Source of the DNA: an uncultured Actinomycetota bacterium
GTDB lineage: Bacteria > Actinomycetota > Actinomycetes > Propionibacteriales > Propionibacteriaceae
Assembly: GCA_963798835.1 (NCBI GenBank)
Contig: CAWCVF010000017.1
Location: 11,854-75,853, forward strand
Length of the DNA stretch: 64,000 nt
Direction: 5' to 3'
Shown: piece after piece, positions 26,842 through 35,061 of the stretch
How the letters are laid out: the number at the start of each line of letters is the position of its first letter
Numbering within the stretch: position 1 is the stretch's first letter
Program-made: the position numbers and the translations under genes
Notes under the pieces: model-generated
Databases searched by the model: none
What the model was told of the DNA's origin: nothing
What the model saw: the letters and a program-made list of their open reading frames with translations, nothing else

Positions 26842-28401
26842 GTGGATCGCACTGTCGCCGCACAACCTCGTCGCCGAAAACTGCTTAGACGCATCTCGCT
26901 GCTTGCTGCGACGGCACTCGCCGGCACCCTGACGTTGACCGTGCCGGCCGCTCAAGGTGCGCCCGAGAAGCGCCCAACGCCGGTCGATGAGCCGGGAGTC
27001 ACGGCGAATCTGTGGGAGTGGAACTGGAAGTCCGTCGGCCAGGAGTGCTCGGTTCTCGCGAAGGACGGCTACACCGGCGTACAGGTTGCACCACCGCAGA
27101 ACTCACTCAAGCGCAGTGAGCTCGGCAGTGGGAGCGACACCATCCTGCATCCCTGGTGGGAGGTCTACCAGCCGGTCACGTACGACCTGACCAGCCGGAT
27201 GGGCAATGAAGATCAGTTCAAGAAGATGGTCAAGAAATGTCGCAAGGCCGGAGTGAAGGTCTATGTCGACGCGGTGATCAACCACATGACTGGTCAGGGC
27301 GAGACCTCGTACGGCGGGGTTGACTACAAGCCGTACGACTATCCGGACTATGACCCGACCGATTTCCATTTCAAGGTCGGCGAATGCCCCTCGAGTGACG
27401 GAGGCATTCAGGACTTCAACAACAAGCTGCAGGTCTTCAAGTGCAATCTGGTCGGCTTGGAGGATCTTCGGACTGAGACCAACAAGGTCCAGACCGAGCT
27501 GGCCGCCTATTTGAACAAACTGATCAGCTACGGCGTCTCAGGCTTCCGAGTTGATGCGGCCAAGCACATCGGTCAAGACGATCTGGACGCCATCTATTCG
27601 CGATTGAAGAAGACCAAGGACGGGGTCAAGCCGTACTGGGCTCTCGAGGTCTTCGGCGGCGGACCAGGCATCCTCTCGCCAGAGGCGTTCACCCGTTCAG
27701 GTGATGTGCTGGGTCTCGACGCGGCGAAGCAGATGCAGGCCGCCTTCAAGAGCTACCCCGATGCGCACGTCGGGAGCATCGCAACTCTCGAGGTATTCGG
27801 CAAGGGATCCGGTCTGACCTCGAGCAAGAAGACCATGTCCTTCGTTACCAACCACGACACAGACCGCAATCCCGGTGAGTACCTGGGACACAAGGACGGC
27901 GCGACGTTCATCCTGGCTAACGAGTGGCTGCTGGCATCCGGTTACGGGTCGCCGCAGGTTTACTCAAGCTTTGAGTGGGAGACGCGAGACGATTCACCGC
28001 CCGCGAAGGACAACGGCCTGATCACCGATGCTGACTGCAGCTCGAAGAAGTGGACCTGTGATCACCGCAACCCCGGCATCGTGGCGATGGTCAAGTGGCA
28101 CAACTATGTGGGCAATGCCAAGCGTGCGAACTTCTACACCGACGACGCCAACGTGATCGCGTTCAGCAAGGACAGCAAGGGCTGGGCAGCGTTCAACAAC
28201 GGAACCGCCGCCAAGCAAATTCGCGTTCAGACTGGATTGCCTAAGGGCACTTACTGCGACGTTATCCACGACAAGGATCCGGGCAAGGCCTGCGACGGTC
28301 CGACGGTCGTGGTCAACGGCTCGGGAGTCGCGACCGTCACTGTCGCAGCGAAGGACGCCGTGGCGTTCACCCGCGCAGATCGGATCTCGAATCTGAGCTG
28401 A
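26842..28401 (+). CDS. secreted alpha-amylase (GH13)
   Basis: AAGGAGGG-N3-GTG start and a twin-arginine-like signal (RRRKLLRRISLLAATALAG...AQG). GH13 regions: DAVINHM, GFRVDAAKH, EVFG, FVTNHD. Confidence 0.9.
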   Translation: MDRTVAAQPRRRKLLRRISLLAATALAGTLTLTVPAAQGAPEKRPTPVDEPGVTANLWEWNWKSVGQECSVLAKDGYTGVQVAPPQNSLKRSELGSGSDTILHPWWEVYQPVTYDLTSRMGNEDQFKKMVKKCRKAGVKVYVDAVINHMTGQGETSYGGVDYKPYDYPDYDPTDFHFKVGECPSSDGGIQDFNNKLQVFKCNLVGLEDLRTETNKVQTELAAYLNKLISYGVSGFRVDAAKHIGQDDLDAIYSRLKKTKDGVKPYWALEVFGGGPGILSPEAFTRSGDVLGLDAAKQMQAAFKSYPDAHVGSIATLEVFGKGSGLTSSKKTMSFVTNHDTDRNPGEYLGHKDGATFILANEWLLASGYGSPQVYSSFEWETRDDSPPAKDNGLITDADCSSKKWTCDHRNPGIVAMVKWHNYVGNAKRANFYTDDANVIAFSKDSKGWAAFNNGTAAKQIRVQTGLPKGTYCDVIHDKDPGKACDGPTVVVNGSGVATVTVAAKDAVAFTRADRISNLS

Positions 28402-28411
28402 CCCTCTTGTT

Positions 28412-28455
28412 GTGGTCCGCCCGACAATCAGCTCGCCGGCGGACCACATCTTTGG
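28412..28455 (+). terminator. candidate terminator after the amylase gene
   Basis: GTGGTCCGCC-N16-GGCGGACCAC followed by ATCTTTGG. Confidence 0.45.
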
Positions 28456-28498
28456 TCGTAGGTGGGCGAAAGCCGCTGAAGCCTATTGGGTGAGGAAC

Positions 28499-28785
28499 CC
28501 GGATCGCGCGCCGGCGTGCTGAGGAGGAGGGAGCCGACATGCTTTTCGTCGGCGAGCGACGACGCAGTAGGCGGCGATCAAGCGCGATCCGCGTCCGCGA
28601 TGTTCTCGCCGCCGGCGTGCTGAGGAGGAGCCGACGAGACGACTCGAGATCAGAGCTGATTCTTTGACTTGTCGTTTCGTCGGATTCGACGAAGACGGCG
28701 GCTTGCCGGCGAACATCGCAGCGAGCGAAGCGAGCAATTGAACACAGCGAGCGCAGCGAGCGAGGCAATCAAAGATGGAAAACGC
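28499..28785. repeat. Repeat family 3 cluster (one full ~95-nt core, one partial core, two tail motifs)
   Basis: CCGGATCGCGCGCCGGCGTGCTGAGGAGGAGGGAGCCGACATGCTTTTCGTCGGCGAGCGACGACGCAGTAGGCGGCGATCAAGCGCGATCCGCG, then a partial repeat of ...GCCGGCGTGCTGAGGAGGAGCCGAC, then GAGCGAAGCGAGCAATTGAA and GAGCGAGGCAATCAAAGA tails. Homologous to 60955-61083 and 63021-63152. Confidence 0.85.
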
Positions 28786-28809
28786 CGGAGGGTCTTTCCC
28801 TCCGGCGTT
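28775..28809 (-). terminator. intrinsic terminator of whiB1
   Basis: On the minus strand: AACGCCGGAGGG-AAAGA-CCCTCCGGCGTT followed by TTTTCC. Confidence 0.6.
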
Positions 28810-28830
28810 CTTGCTGGATGACCCCCGGAA

Positions 28831-29082
28831 CTATGCGGTGCGGATTCGCGCACGTGCGGCGCGACGCTTCAACGCTCGCCGCTCATCCTCGCTAAGACCG
28901 CCCCAGACACCATGATCCTGACCTGCTTCCAGCGCCCACTGCAGACATGCGTCCCTGACCTCGCATCGCCGGCAGACTTGCTTGGCCTCTTCTATCTGGA
29001 GGAGGGCCGGGCCAGTGTTCCCGATCGGGAAGAACAGCTCTGGGTCCTCATCCAGACAGGCGGCCTTATGGCGCCAATCCAT
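28831..29082 (-). CDS. whiB1: WhiB-family Fe-S transcription factor, WhiB1/WblE type
   Basis: MDWRHKAAC...CRRCEVRDAC...GVWGGLSEDERRALKRR. Four Cys, a GVWGG turn and a basic tail. Confidence 0.9.
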   Translation of the reverse strand: MDWRHKAACLDEDPELFFPIGNTGPALLQIEEAKQVCRRCEVRDACLQWALEAGQDHGVWGGLSEDERRALKRRAARARIRTA

Positions 29083-29194
29083 GGCGTAACACTCCTATCT
29101 GGTTGCTCGGGTCCCTTGGCGTTGGACCCCGCAGGATGGGGAAGCTACGAGTCCTCTACACTGAGTCTTGACTCGCGCCCCCCAAGACTTTCAA

Positions 29195-29211
29195 GTATTG
29201 ACAGTCAATAC
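29195..29211. promoter_or_regulatory. 17-nt perfect palindrome in the whiB1 / membrane-protein divergent intergenic region
   Basis: GTATTGAC-A-GTCAATAC, containing TTGACA on both strands. No binding factor can be assigned from sequence. Confidence 0.3.
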
Positions 29212-29312
29212 AAGAGTTTCGAGCGTTCGGTGCCTCACATTTCGATCCAGTTACGGTCTGCGGGGTCCTTTCACTCGGTTGTACCCCCTTCTCTTGGCCC
29301 AAAACAGCTCAA

Positions 29313-29723
29313 ATGACCCAGACCTCGCCAGCTTCAGACCGTCGCCCGCCGACGATCGTCGTGGCAGCCGTCGTGCTCGCGCTCGAAGCGCTCATGGCAC
29401 TGGCGTACGCCGCACTGGAGATTGGACAGGTTCGCATGTCACGCGCCGTCGTTGGCGTGGGCGTAACCATCTTGATGGCCTGCTTTGGCCTGTTCCTCCT
29501 GTTCGTGGCACGTAGCGTGTTCCGCGGCAAGAGGTGGAGTCGGGGGCCAGCTGTGGCTACTCAGTTGATCTTGCTACCCCTTGCGTTGAGCTTCGTCGGT
29601 GGACGTACCACCTGGGTGGCTGTGGTGTTGGCGGCTCTGGCGATCGGAGTTCTGGTGGCTGTGCTGCACCCCCGCTCAACCGCCGTCTTCGTGCCACCGG
29701 CTGCCGATAAAACCCAGCCATAA
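29313..29723 (+). CDS. integral membrane protein, four TM helices, unknown function
   Basis: 136-aa ORF with a regular hydrophobic periodicity and positive-inside loops. Confidence 0.6.
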   Translation: MTQTSPASDRRPPTIVVAAVVLALEALMALAYAALEIGQVRMSRAVVGVGVTILMACFGLFLLFVARSVFRGKRWSRGPAVATQLILLPLALSFVGGRTTWVAVVLAALAIGVLVAVLHPRSTAVFVPPAADKTQP

Positions 29724-29737
29724 GAGGAACCTGTCTC

Positions 29738-30586
29738 TTACTCGGCAGCGTCCGCCAGAATCTTGGCCAGCTCCTCGTCGTGCGCTGCCTCCGCCTCGGC
29801 CTGTTGCTTGACGCGACGGAGGAATGTCCTGGTGCGCTCCTCCTTCGGATTCAGCAGCACGTCTTTCGGCGAGCCTTCCTCGACCACCACACCTTGATCC
29901 ATGAACACCACACGGTCGGCGACTTCGCGGGCGAACCCCATTTCGTGGGTGACCACGATCATGGTCGTGCCCTCCTGAGCGAGAGTGCGCATAACGCCGA
30001 GGACCTCACCCACTAGCTCTGGGTCGAGCGCCGACGTGGGCTCATCGAAGAGCATCAGCTCCGGTTTCATGGCCAAGGCTCGCGCGATGGCGACCCGCTG
30101 CTGCTGCCCGCCGGAAAGCTGCGACGGATAGTACCTGGCCCGTTCTGCGAGGCCGACCATGTCCAGCAGCTCGAGCGCCTCCTTCTTGACGCTGTCCTTG
30201 GACTGCCGCTTGACCTTGACCGGCGCTTCCATCACATTCTCAAGAGCAGTCATGTGCGGGAAGAGGTTGAACCGCTGGAAGACCATCCCGATCCGGGATC
30301 GCTGCTGTGCGATGTCCTTGTCCTTGCGCACGTACAACTTGCCGTTGCGGTCCTCGATGCCGATCAGCTCGCCCCCAACCCAGATCCTTCCTCCCGTCAG
30401 CATCTCCATCTGGTTGATCAGGCGTAAGAACGTGGTCTTGCCTGATCCGCTGGGGCCAAGCAGGCATACGACTTCCTTGGCGTCCACAGCGAGGTCAATC
30501 CCCTTCAGCACCTCGTTAGTACCGAACGCCTTGGTGACATTGACGGCGCGTACCAGATGGTCGGCCTCGGTCGATGTGGCGGTCAC
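29738..30586 (-). CDS. polar amino-acid ABC transporter ATP-binding protein
   Basis: Walker [10 protein letters not shown], signature [15 protein letters not shown], Walker [13 protein letters not shown]. Confidence 0.9.
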   Translation of the reverse strand: MTATSTEADHLVRAVNVTKAFGTNEVLKGIDLAVDAKEVVCLLGPSGSGKTTFLRLINQMEMLTGGRIWVGGELIGIEDRNGKLYVRKDKDIAQQRSRIGMVFQRFNLFPHMTALENVMEAPVKVKRQSKDSVKKEALELLDMVGLAERARYYPSQLSGGQQQRVAIARALAMKPELMLFDEPTSALDPELVGEVLGVMRTLAQEGTTMIVVTHEMGFAREVADRVVFMDQGVVVEEGSPKDVLLNPKEERTRTFLRRVKQQAEAEAAHDEELAKILADAAE

Positions 30587-31557
30587 TTCGCTCCTCCAAC
30601 CGCCAGGCCCTTGGCGGCCTCGTCCTTGTCCGCGCTCACCTGGGTGCCGAAGCCGCGGCCGAACCTCTTCTCGAGGTAGGCCTGGCCGACCATCAGGACG
30701 CTGGAGGCGATCAGGTAGTAGAGCGTGGCCGCGACCAGGATCGGGAAGACCTGGAAGGTGCGGGCGCCGATGGCCTGCAGTTGGAAAAACAGCTCGGTGG
30801 TGACTGGAATCGCCAGCAGCAGGGAGGTGTCCTTCAGCATCGCGATGGTCTCATTGCCTGTCGGCGGCACGATCACCCGCATCGCCTGTGGCAGCACGAC
30901 CCGCCGCATCGCCTTGCCGCGGCTCATGCCGAGGGCCTGCGCGGCCTCCATCTGACCCGTATCCACACTGAGGATGCCGGCGCGTGCAATCTCGGCCATG
31001 TACGCTGCCTCGGAGGCGGCTAAGCCGATCACGCCGCCGATGAGGCCAACGAAGATCGCGTTGGCGTCGAAGGTGGCAATACGCCAGTCACCGGACAGTC
31101 CGAGCCACTGGATGATCTTCCAGTCGAATGGCACTCCGATTGACAGACCCGTCGTGAAGAGGACGCCGAGCGCTCCCATGATCGTCAGCAGCACGTAGCG
31201 GGGGATGGCCCGGAAGAACCATGTGTAGAGCCACGACACGCCCTTGAGAACGGGGTTGTCGGACAGCCGCATCACCGCGAGCACTACCCCAAGCGCGACA
31301 CCGAAGATCATCGACAGGATGGTGACGAGGATCGTGCCCTTCCAGAAGCCCTCGATCACCGGGTTCTGGTTCATCGCCTGGAACACCAGCGGCCAGTTGA
31401 ATGCTGGGTTGAAGATCACCATGTTCAAGAACATCAAGGTCAGCACCACGATCACCGCGATGGCGACCCAGCGGCCAGGGTGGCGAACCGGCTTGGCGTG
31501 AATCAGCCCGGGGCGGTCATCGCTGACCGCCGGGCGGGCTTCCGCTGTGGTTGTCAT
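30583..31557 (-). CDS. amino-acid ABC transporter permease (His/Glu/Gln/Arg/opine family)
   Basis: EAA-like loop [22 protein letters not shown] and multiple TM helices. Overlaps both neighbours by 4 nt. Confidence 0.9.
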   Translation of the reverse strand: MTTTAEARPAVSDDRPGLIHAKPVRHPGRWVAIAVIVVLTLMFLNMVIFNPAFNWPLVFQAMNQNPVIEGFWKGTILVTILSMIFGVALGVVLAVMRLSDNPVLKGVSWLYTWFFRAIPRYVLLTIMGALGVLFTTGLSIGVPFDWKIIQWLGLSGDWRIATFDANAIFVGLIGGVIGLAASEAAYMAEIARAGILSVDTGQMEAAQALGMSRGKAMRRVVLPQAMRVIVPPTGNETIAMLKDTSLLLAIPVTTELFFQLQAIGARTFQVFPILVAATLYYLIASSVLMVGQAYLEKRFGRGFGTQVSADKDEAAKGLAVGGAK

Positions 31558-32450
31558 GACGTCGGGTTTACCGCGAAGTCAGAGATAGCGCCCTGCTCAA
31601 CGCCCCACTTCTCGAGGGCCGCTTTGTAGGCGCCGTCCTTGTCGATCTCCTTGAGCGCGTCGGCGATAGCCTGTGCGAACTCGGTCTCATCCTTCGGCAC
31701 CACATAACCGTACGGGGCCGCCTCGTAGATGTCGCCGAGCGGTTCCAGCTTGCCACCAGCTTGCTTCACTGCGTACGCGATTACTGGCGAGTCGGCCAAC
31801 ATGGCGTCAGCCTTGCCGCTGACGACTGCAGCAGTCGCTTGGCTCTGGTCCTTGAAGGACAAGATGTTGATCTTGTTGCTGCCGCACTTCTTCTGCCGCA
31901 CCGGAAGGTCATCGGTCTCTTGAACAGTGTTGCTTTGGACGGCTATGTTCTTGCCGCAGGCATTGGCAGGGTCGACGCCCTTGGGATTGCCTTTGGCCGT
32001 AGCCCACTGGGTGCCGGCCTTGAAATAGCTCACCATGTTGACCTGCTTCATGCGCTCAGGGTTGATGGTGAAGGACGAAATCCCCATGTCGTACTTCTTG
32101 CCATTGACGCCGTTGATGATGCTGCCGAAGTCCGCCGGATGCCACTCGGTCTTGACCCCGAACTTGGCAGCGACCTGGTTGAAGACGTCCACGTCCATGC
32201 CCTGCACGGTCTTGCCGTCGCCGGCCAGGAACTCGTTGGGGGCGTAGCTGGCATCGACGCCGATCTTGATCACCCCCGCGCTCTTGATGCTCTCAGGCAG
32301 TTTGCTGGCAAGGTCCACGTTCTGGCTGACCGAAACCGACGGTGCCGCGCCGCCGCCGGGTTCCCCGCTTAACGAGCTCGAGCCGCAGGCGCTCAAAGCA
32401 AGCGCGGCGACCGATGCTGCGACCACACCGAGCTTGATCCGCACATTCAT
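31554..32450 (-). CDS. ABC transporter substrate-binding lipoprotein (polar amino acids)
   Basis: Lipobox LALSAC|GSS and the family-3 SBP pattern (IKIGVDASYAPNEF, YDMGISSFT). Confidence 0.85.
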   Translation of the reverse strand: MNVRIKLGVVAASVAALALSACGSSSLSGEPGGGAAPSVSVSQNVDLASKLPESIKSAGVIKIGVDASYAPNEFLAGDGKTVQGMDVDVFNQVAAKFGVKTEWHPADFGSIINGVNGKKYDMGISSFTINPERMKQVNMVSYFKAGTQWATAKGNPKGVDPANACGKNIAVQSNTVQETDDLPVRQKKCGSNKINILSFKDQSQATAAVVSGKADAMLADSPVIAYAVKQAGGKLEPLGDIYEAAPYGYVVPKDETEFAQAIADALKEIDKDGAYKAALEKWGVEQGAISDFAVNPTS

Positions 32451-32623
32451 GTGTTGCTGCTCCCTTCCAACCCCGATCCTTGTGAGCCCGGGCTGATTAA
32501 CACGAGTGCACCGCTCTTGTCAGCGGTGGATGGGTCCTGAGGACAGACTGATCTTTGCACGCGATAACTGAGTTTCATCGATGGCGGGCGGTTTGGAATC
32601 CGATCGCAACGATTTTGAGCCGC

Positions 32624-33802
32624 CTATTTGAGGCGCCGCGCACCGGCTGATGGCACGGCCGTAAAGTGCGCGGGCCGGCCATATTTCGCTGCTGAGAACT
32701 TGCGGGCGACCTCGTCTCCAATGCGATCCGAGTCACCTGCTTTGACCAGTGCGATGATGCAGCCGCCGAAACCACCTCCGGTCATTCGGGCGCCGAGGGC
32801 GCCGGACGCCCGGGCGGTTTCTACGGCGAGGTCCACCTGAGGCACAGTGATCTCGAAATCGTCGCGCATTGATTTCTGTGAGGCGTCGAGAAGCGGAGCC
32901 AGGTCCGCGATTCGGCGTGCCCGCAGAACCTCCGCAGCTTCCACTACCCGAGCATTCTCGGTCACCACATGCCGTACTCGACGCTGCATGACCGGATCGG
33001 GAAGCTGTTCCAGGGCTGCATCGAGGTCGATTACGTCCCGCAACGCCGGTACGCCGAGCAGTTGCGCCGCCTCCTCACAACTCGCTCGCCGTGCCGCGTA
33101 CTCGCTGTCCACCAGGGCATGGGGGGTCTTCGTGTCGAGCACCAAGATCTCCAGACCGGCACCAGCCGTATCAAGAAGAACCTGTTCGGCTGCGTCGGTC
33201 CGGCAGTCGAAGAACAATGCATGGTCGACCGTGCACAATATCGAGGCGGCCTGATCCATCAAGCCAGTCGGAGCTCCGACGAAGACGTTTTCTGAGCGCC
33301 TGGCCAGCTTGGCCCGGTCCAGACCGGCGATTTCGAGATCGTTGAGATCGGCTAGGGCAGTAAGCACGGCGCACTCGAGTGCGGCTGAGGACGACAGGCC
33401 CGCGCCCGTGGGCACGTCTGATGTCAGTACCAGGTCCGCTCCGCCGATGTCATGCCCGGCCTCCTCCAGAGACCACACCACGCCAGCTACGTACGCTTGC
33501 CAACCAGTCATTCCCGGTTGCAGATCCTCGACCCCGAACATCTTGGTCGAGTGACTATTCAATGACGTGACGCTCCAGGTGCCATGATCATTGCGCGGAG
33601 CCGCGGCGACCATGACCCGCTGTGCGAGAGCGAACGGCATCACGTAGCCGTCGTTGTAGTCGGTATGTTCGCCGATCAGGTTGACCCGACCAGGAGCGGC
33701 CCAGATTCCTTCCGGCTGCTGGCCAGTCCGAGCACGGAAGGCATCGACCAGAGTGCTCGTGTCGTTGCTCACTTCACGCACTGTAGAGCAGTCGGCGATC
33801 AT
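32624..33802 (-). CDS. galK: galactokinase
   Basis: GRVNLIGEHTDYNDGYV signature and the GHMP motif PTGAGLSSSAALE. Confidence 0.9.
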   Translation of the reverse strand: MIADCSTVREVSNDTSTLVDAFRARTGQQPEGIWAAPGRVNLIGEHTDYNDGYVMPFALAQRVMVAAAPRNDHGTWSVTSLNSHSTKMFGVEDLQPGMTGWQAYVAGVVWSLEEAGHDIGGADLVLTSDVPTGAGLSSSAALECAVLTALADLNDLEIAGLDRAKLARRSENVFVGAPTGLMDQAASILCTVDHALFFDCRTDAAEQVLLDTAGAGLEILVLDTKTPHALVDSEYAARRASCEEAAQLLGVPALRDVIDLDAALEQLPDPVMQRRVRHVVTENARVVEAAEVLRARRIADLAPLLDASQKSMRDDFEITVPQVDLAVETARASGALGARMTGGGFGGCIIALVKAGDSDRIGDEVARKFSAAKYGRPAHFTAVPSAGARRLK

Positions 33803-33821
33803 GCCCCTCTAAGGTGAAGAC

Positions 33822-34793
33822 ATGTTGGCGGCCTACGCTGTCCGGTCGGACCCCGAGTCCCCGTTGGATGCCCTGGTGGTGGATGAGATCGAACCGCCGA
33901 AAGTGCCCGATGGTTGGGTGAGGGTGCACGTGCGGGCCGCTGCCTTGAACCATCACGATGTCTGGTCGCTTCGCGGGGTGGGCCTTCCTGCGGACCGATT
34001 GCCCATGATCCTCGGGTGCGATGCGGCTGGCGTTACCGACGATGATCGCGAGGTCATCGTCAACGCACTGATCAACTCTGCGGATTTCGCCGGATCCGAT
34101 GCCACCTATGATCCGGGGCGATCGCTGCTGTCCGAGCGTTATCCCGGCACGCTTGCGTCACAGGTATGGGTGCCCGCAACCAATCTGATCGACAAGCCGG
34201 CTGAGCTGAGCTTCGCCGAAGCGGCCTGTCTGCCGACGGCTTGGCTCACGGCGTACCGGATGCTCTTCAGCCAGTCGGGCGCCAGGCCAGGCGACACTGT
34301 GTTGATCCAAGGTGCCGGCGGGGGAGTAGCGACCGCGCTGATCGCGCTTGCCCGACAGGCTGGGATGCGAGTCTGGGTGACCTCGCGGGAGGAAGACCGG
34401 CGTGCACGAGCCGTCAGCATTGGCGCCCACCAGACCTTCCCGGCCGGTGCCCGGCTCCCGGAGCGCGTCGACGCCGTTCTGGACAGTGTGGGTGCCGCTA
34501 CCTGGTCACATTCGATCAATGTGTTGAAGCCTGGGGGGACGCTGGTCATCTGCGGCGCGACATCGGGAGACAACCCATCCAAGGCGGAGCTGACCAAGAT
34601 CTTCTTCAAGCCGGTCCGAGTGATCGGTTCGGTGATGGGCACTCATGATGAGTTGATCTCGCTGACCCGGATGCTCATTGCCAGTGGCGTACGACCGCAG
34701 ATCGACCGCATCCTGCCGTTGACGGATGCCAAAGCCGGATTCGCGGCCATGATCGCGGGTGATCATTTCGGAAAGATCATCATCGAACCGTAG
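33822..34793 (+). CDS. medium-chain dehydrogenase/reductase (quinone-oxidoreductase-like)
   Basis: GroES-like N-terminal domain and Rossmann motif VLIQGAGGGVATALIALA. Confidence 0.85.
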   Translation: MLAAYAVRSDPESPLDALVVDEIEPPKVPDGWVRVHVRAAALNHHDVWSLRGVGLPADRLPMILGCDAAGVTDDDREVIVNALINSADFAGSDATYDPGRSLLSERYPGTLASQVWVPATNLIDKPAELSFAEAACLPTAWLTAYRMLFSQSGARPGDTVLIQGAGGGVATALIALARQAGMRVWVTSREEDRRARAVSIGAHQTFPAGARLPERVDAVLDSVGAATWSHSINVLKPGGTLVICGATSGDNPSKAELTKIFFKPVRVIGSVMGTHDELISLTRMLIASGVRPQIDRILPLTDAKAGFAAMIAGDHFGKIIIEP

Positions 34794-34871
34794 GTCCGAC
34801 TGGTCCTTGGCCTTACCTGGACGGGCGAAATCAAGTCGCTTGCGACCACTTTCGGGGCAAGGCGTGCACTC

Positions 34872-35051
34872 CTATTCGTCGTCCTCGTCATCGAGCCGGG
34901 CAAGCCAGGTCGCCAGCCGCTCCACCGGAATCTCGAATTCCGGATGAAGATCAACGAATGTCTGGAGTTGAGCAGCGAGCCACCCGAGAGTGACTTCGTC
35001 ATCCCCCCGCCGGGCCTGGAGCTCCTCAATGCCCCGATCAGTGAAATACAT
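34872..35051 (-). CDS. DUF6104-like small acidic protein (59 aa, below ORF-track cutoff)
   Basis: Hand translation: MYFTDRGIEELQARRGDDEVTLGWLAAQLQTFVDLHPEFEIPVERLATWLARLDDEDDE. Clean ATG-to-TAG ORF directly downstream of kgd. Family assignment is from memory. Confidence 0.55.
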   Translation of the reverse strand: MYFTDRGIEELQARRGDDEVTLGWLAAQLQTFVDLHPEFEIPVERLATWLARLDDEDDE

Positions 35052-35061
35052 GGACGGTCTC

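Noticed and set aside
29225-29250. CRP/Cmr-type TGTGA-N6-TCACA site in the whiB1 promoter.
   Set aside because: One good TGTGA half-site is present (minus strand), but the partner half is GAACG. That is insufficient for a call.
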